Part shown: positions 57,821-64,000 of the stretch, piece after piece
Layout of the letters: each line of letters begins with the position of its first letter
How positions within the stretch are numbered: the first letter of the stretch is position 1
Position numbers and translations under genes: made by a program
Assembly (NCBI GenBank): GCA_012295275.1
Contig: CM022675.1
Span: 9,362,001 to 9,426,000, forward strand
Length of the DNA stretch: 64,000 nucleotides
Direction: 5' to 3'
From: Chrysomallon squamiferum
Lineage: Eukaryota; Animalia; Mollusca
Notes under the pieces: generated by a model
Told to the model about the DNA's origin: nothing
Database searches by the model: none
What the model saw: the letters and a program-made list of their open reading frames with translations, nothing else

Positions 57821-59082
57821 AAAAATATATATATATAAAAAAAAAAACACACAAAAAAACAGAGTAAACAGGGACATTACGAATATGTATTAACGGACGA
57901 TAAAAAATTTTTAGGAATATACATCATCACAGACGGAAATAGTCTATGAACAGAACAGACAAGCATTAATATAGAAGCAGCTTTGAATGAATATGCAAAT
58001 GGTATGAGTATTAATAGATGTAATTTATGAATATTCATTAAGTGAGTTACCGCAGCTGATTAGGCACAAATTATTTACACGACAGAATGAATAATAAAGT
58101 CCTCAAGTGGAATACGGAAATACGCCATGTTCAGAGTGAGCGTAGAGTAGGCAGTTTTAAAGATGTCGTCTTGTTCTGATATCTTTTTGATTACTTGAAA
58201 TCACCTGGGATGAAATTAATGTGTGCATTTTGTGTGTGTGTGTGTGTGTGTCTTTATGTAGGTATGTGTGTGGATGGATGAATATAATATGTATGTATGT
58301 ATATATGTAGGATCGTAAGTGTATAGATACGTCTGTCCATATGTTTTTATGTGAAGAACTGGCAGATATCTAACGCCAGAATTAAACGTTCATTCATATT
58401 GAAATTTATTTCAAGTGTTACTTTTGCAAATACTTTTTTTTTTCTTGTTTTATATTTTATTTATTTATTTATTTATTTTTCACTTCATTTCTTTTCTTTT
58501 TATATCCCTAGTTCGTTTTGTATTTTTTTCTTCCTATTTTTACAATTATTTCCGACTTTTTTTTTTTTTTTTTTTTTTTTTTAGATTTCTTTTTCGTTAT
58601 TTTTTTTTTTAACCCCCGTTCTCCTTTTTCTTTTACGTTTGTTTTGTTTCTTCGTTTCGTTATTTACGACCAAAGTTACGACACTGACTTATTACGTAGC
58701 CGTAAAATACCGAATTCGTCCCAAACAAAAAAGAACTTGTTGTGGTTAATGCCCGTATGCAAGACAAAGAATGAAACACACGCGGGTTACAGAAACAGTT
58801 TTACTTATTTATACGTGCTGTCGCATTATGAGAAGTTGAAACGTAAACAAGTATTGTGGGCATATTTCCGAAGCGGTAGATTTTCCACTAGCAACTAAGT
58901 GTAATAGTTTGTAGCGGAAGAAAAAAAAAAAAAAAAAAAAAAAGGAATAAAAAAAAAAAAAAAAAGTATCGCTATAATTAAAAAGCTTTCTGGTATGAGT
59001 CTCGATAAAACCAAAGCGTTTTACTGTTAAGGATTGTCTTTTTAAAAATAAATAAATTAATTAATTAATTAATAAATAATTA

Positions 59083-59116
<34 letters not shown>

Positions 59117-60333
59117 TGCAAATAAAATAAAAAAAAAAAAAAAATAAGCAAATAAATAAATAAATAAAACTTTAGTTTTTAGTCTCGATCTTAGCGAATT
59201 CTTCGTCTGATAGTACTAAACTACAAAACGTTTTGTTGCGAAACCCAAGAATTAAAACCGAACAGAACAAGAAACAGAATAAATTAATCTTATAGCGTTA
59301 AAATTATTCTAATAATTTACGTAGAAGTATTTACTAGATCTTCATAATTATATCTTCTGTTAAAAAAAATCTAAAACGAAAGTAAAAAATCACACACACA
59401 CACACAGACGCATACACACAAACACAAACACACAGACTCACACTCACAGACGCAAAACACTCAAATGATAAGAACAATATTTAGCTTTAAAAGACAGTAA
59501 GTAAAACACATAACATGATGATAAGATAGCGAAGATAAAGAGAAAGGAATCCTGCAGAAAGAGTTCTTTTATTTTAAATTAAACACTAGCGTAGAAGTTT
59601 TCGTAATGTAGAAAAGAAAAATACGCTGAGCTCAGCATTTTCTGATTTATCATCATCATCATCATCATCATCATCATCGTTATGTCAGCACCAGGATAAA
59701 CTCCATCGATATAATCTTCATCATCAAAACCAACATCATCATCATCATCATCACCGTCATCATTTTAATAACTGTGACATACACACATCACCAAAATACG
59801 ATGAGTTTTAATTTTTCATTCACTGTTTATAAAATCATCAACATGATGATAATCATCACCATCATCATTCATATCTGTCTTCGACCATATGTGACTTTAC
59901 TGAGACAAATCAAACAGGCGTTTTAATTTTCTGTTTAAATCTAAGTAGCTTTTGTTTCATTATGTTTACCTTTCAGTGAACTAACAGATATTGTTATGTA
60001 TCATATATTCCTTGCATACACACATACAACCGTTACATACTGACACGTACATACACACACACACAACACACACACATACACACACTTACATACATACATA
60101 TACACACTTACATACATAGATACATGCATATATACATATATACATACATAGATACATGTGCAGTCTAATCAGATGTGCAGAAGATATAGAATATTCAGTA
60201 CTAAAATACACACATACACACAGACACACACACACACACATATATATGTACACACATACATACATAAGTACACGTAAATGTATACATACACACATACGTA
60301 TATACATATATACACCCATACACATACATACAT

Positions 60334-60397
<64 letters not shown>

Positions 60398-61081
60398 ATA
60401 CACACATACACACACGAATCAGGTAACATATAAAACGTATCATCAGGTCAGGATACGTGATACTTCTCGGATACAATATTCTCTGAAGCTGTTCAAGAAC
60501 GCATGCTTGGATACTGAAGATTATTTATTAAGCCAGAGCTTTTAGTTTCAAAACGTTAAAAAAAAAAAAAAAAAAAAAAAGTGATCTAATGCTGGCTCGT
60601 ATGAGTCACTACGGGTAGTACAGTGCATCTGACCTGAATACGTCATTCAGAGAAATGCCAAATTCTAAATTATCTTTTTCATATGTACCCATTTAAAAAA
60701 ATAAAAAAAAAAAAAAAAAACCACCGTAAAATCTCGATATCGCAGTTATATAATCTTCTATTTCATACGCCCATTTCTGTACAGGTCCTTTTTTTTTAAT
60801 TTGTTTTCACTGGATTTATTTTCCACTGCGTAACTATTTATCGTGTGCGCAACAACAATACATGTTGTGATGAGGTTATTGTTATTTACACGCGTTATAT
60901 GACCGGTCTCGGTGTATTGCTGTACTTCACCTAAATTTAAATGTGTGTAGTACTGTACAAATAAATTTTATTTGACGTCTGACTCAGCTTCTTCAAATAA
61001 ATGGTATTTAAATTTAAAAACGAAAAAAAAAAATTAAAATACAATAAGAGAGAGAGAAAGAGGGAAAGCGAGAGCGAGCGA

Positions 61082-61155
<74 letters not shown>

Positions 61156-61348
61156 CAATAAAATCAACTATGCTGACAAAAAGCATTAATGGAATAAATA
61201 AATATATATATATATATCTGTACGTCTGTATGCTTTTGTGCTATTATAAGCATAACATACATATGTGTATGTATGAGTGTGTATATTTTTGCATATATGT
61301 ATGTATGTATGTATGCTTGTATGTATGTTATCTGTGTGGTGTATTTGA

Positions 61349-61408
<60 letters not shown>

Positions 61409-61869
61409 ATATATGTATGTATGTATGTATGCATGTATGTATGTGTGTATATATATATACATATGTGTATTTGTATATATATATATATATTTGTATGTAT
61501 GATTGTATTTATCTATGCATGCATGTAGCATGATATGTGTATATATATGTATGTATATAATATACGTTCAAAATGTAATGTAAGTAAGTATATAACTATG
61601 GTATAACAAAAGTAGGCCAGATTGTGCGGGAACGGGCCATGTTAGTATAGCTGACACAAACAAAACAGAGAGACAGGGTCAGCCCGGGTCACGTTAGATA
61701 GACAATAACAATATTTACATAACAAAAATGCACGATTCCCCGTTACATACAGCAAAGAACCCGCGTCCACGTTGACATTTGAGCTCGGGTTCTCTCTATC
61801 ATCTCTCAGTGATATACATACATACGTACATACATACATATATATATACAAACAAACATACATACATAC

Positions 61870-61910
<41 letters not shown>

Positions 61911-62007
61911 GTATATACACATTATATATAACATACATATATATATATATACACACACACATACACTATATATAAATTCATTGATACATACATATATACA
62001 TACATAC

Positions 62008-62052
<45 letters not shown>

Positions 62053-62371
62053 GTGCTTAACGTCCATCTGATTAATGCGGACAAACTATGTTCAACGGTA
62101 GTATGAAACAGCGGACGAAACAGTTTTTACTTTCATGCTTGTATTACCTGCTCGATATTTGTTGGTGATGTGTTTAATGCTACCTTTCTCTTTATTATTT
62201 ATGAATGTGAATCTTATTTCAGTAACATAATAGTGCGTGCGTGCATGCAGGCATGTATGTTTTGTGTTGTGTGTGTGTGCGTTTGCGTAGTTCTTTATGC
62301 GTAAAATCGATGTCTGTGTGTTAAGTGTATATCACTGATTTACGTAAGATACAATGGCGATGTTATTTATT

Positions 62372-62406
<35 letters not shown>

Positions 62407-63514
62407 TCTCATCATCATCATTACCATTATCATTATCATTAGTAGTATTAGTTTTAGTATTATTGTAACTGTTGCATAACTTCCAGGTTGTTTGCAGTTT
62501 TAACGGTGAACACGTTGTCCCTTGTTAACCTTGATGGGATTGTGTAAACCATAAAATTAAAGCAGTGCCATTACGAAACGTATCTCTGATTGGCACTATC
62601 AGTTTTCCAGACAACGTTTATACCTCAAGGCAAGTCTACGCTTCACGCTAAATTTCACAAAATGGATTTATTAAAAAAAAAAAAGAACACCAAAAAAACC
62701 CAACAACACTGTATCTTTAAATCGCGCCCGATCGCTTCAGATATCCACTGCACTTGAGCTGGTTTGTAGCACGTCAGATTTCCTGGCTGTTGGCTAATAA
62801 TTATTGTTGTTTGGAGTTACACTACCCAATTTGCTAGGCTCAACTAGTCGATGATGAGTCAGCCTCGAGAACAAAAACACTCGGCACGTCTCGTTCAAGT
62901 TCTAAGTAAACTTTACGGCTTTTGACCTTGACATTAAAAAAAGATTTGAATTTAGGTCTCGCAGTAGTGTTAATTTTTTTACCCCGCTTTATATAAATAT
63001 ATTTTATTTTTATTATTATTTTTATAAATGTGTTATTACTATTATTTTTTATGTACCTTATTGATTATTATTGCTTTCTATTTTTTTAATTATTATTTTA
63101 TTTTATATATTATTATATTTAATTCAATTTTATTAATTAATTTATTTATTAATTATTAGTTATCGTCGTCATTATTTATTTATTTATTTATTTATCATTA
63201 TTATTATTATTATCGTCATAATCATCATCATCATAATCTTTTCGCCTTTTTATATTTCAATTTCATTTTTTTATAATTTTAGTTTTCAATTTTTATTTTA
63301 TTTATTTATTTCCTTCCTTCTATTGTAATTAGAGCTTTTGAATATTTTTTTCCTTCTAAATTATAAGAATAGAAGAATAAAAAGAACAAATAAAATGCAC
63401 AAATGTTAAACATTATCTAGAAAACAGGTGTACGCAAATGTCTCTCTCTTTTTTTTTTTTTTTTTTTTTTCTAACTTGGCAATTTCAGCTACTTAACCCT
63501 TGTTTGCTAAGCGT

Positions 63515-63615
63515 TTGTTTACCGGAAGTAATAACATTTACGTCTGCTTTCATCTTCTTAGTTGTCCTCAAAACATTAAAGAGACTTGGTAGAGACATTT
63601 TTGGCGCGAAAACTG
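63515..63615. promoter_or_regulatory. Possible promoter of a neighbouring gene (ETS + E2F sites)
   Basis: ACCGGAAGT at 63521-63529 and TTTGGCGCGAAA at 63600-63611. No associated exon recognised in the window. Confidence 0.35.
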
Positions 63616-63799
63616 AAAAACACATTGACCTTTTTGTAAGTTCTGGGGGGGGGGAATTTGTTTGTTTGTTTGTTCTTTTTGTTCTTTTTGTTCTCTTTTT
63701 CTACGATTTCTTTTGTTTTAGTTTTCATTTAGTTAAAATTGTAAAAAAGCCGATGCCTGCAGTACATACACAGTAGATTTGTATTTTCACTTAAAATTA

Positions 63800-64000
63800 T
63801 ATTTACAGTTATTTTAACAGAATACATTCACACTACGTTATTTTAATATAAAGTTACATGTACAATACGTTATTTTAATATATAGTTACATTTACAATAC
63901 GTTATTTTAATATACAGCTATATTTACAATATGTTATTTTAATATATAGTTACATTTACAATACGTTATTTTAATATATAGTTACATTTACAATACGTTA
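63800..64000. repeat. 32-bp minisatellite truncated by the window end
   Basis: tacgttattttaatatatagttacatttacaa at 63834, 63866, 63898, 63930, 63962 and 63994. Confidence 0.95.

Overview
This is AT-rich, microsatellite-dense animal genomic DNA, probably invertebrate and mollusc-like (inferred from composition only). Nearly every entry in the ORF track is translated microsatellite. Two real spliced genes lie head-to-head, and the track shows only part of one of them. (1) ATIC/purH (IMP cyclohydrolase/AICAR transformylase), minus strand: coding exons 1-4 at 2105-2090, 1568-1442, 619-543 and 194-128, running off the left edge. (2) A two-exon sclerostin/SOSTDC1 (Wise)-family cystine-knot gene, plus strand: a signal-peptide exon at 22025-22175 joined across a 30,361-bp phase-1 intron to a cystine-knot exon at 52537-52928, giving 180 aa. 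This protein lacks the NxI LRP5/6-binding motif and has a very basic tail. Its putative 5' leader carries uORFs and a long poly(A) tract. The rest is CpG-containing putative regulatory islands, about a dozen minisatellite arrays (some with higher-order structure) and small hairpins. I see no CRISPR array, no autonomous transposon and no clearly new multi-gene system. All calls were made by eye; positions of degenerate repeats are approximate.
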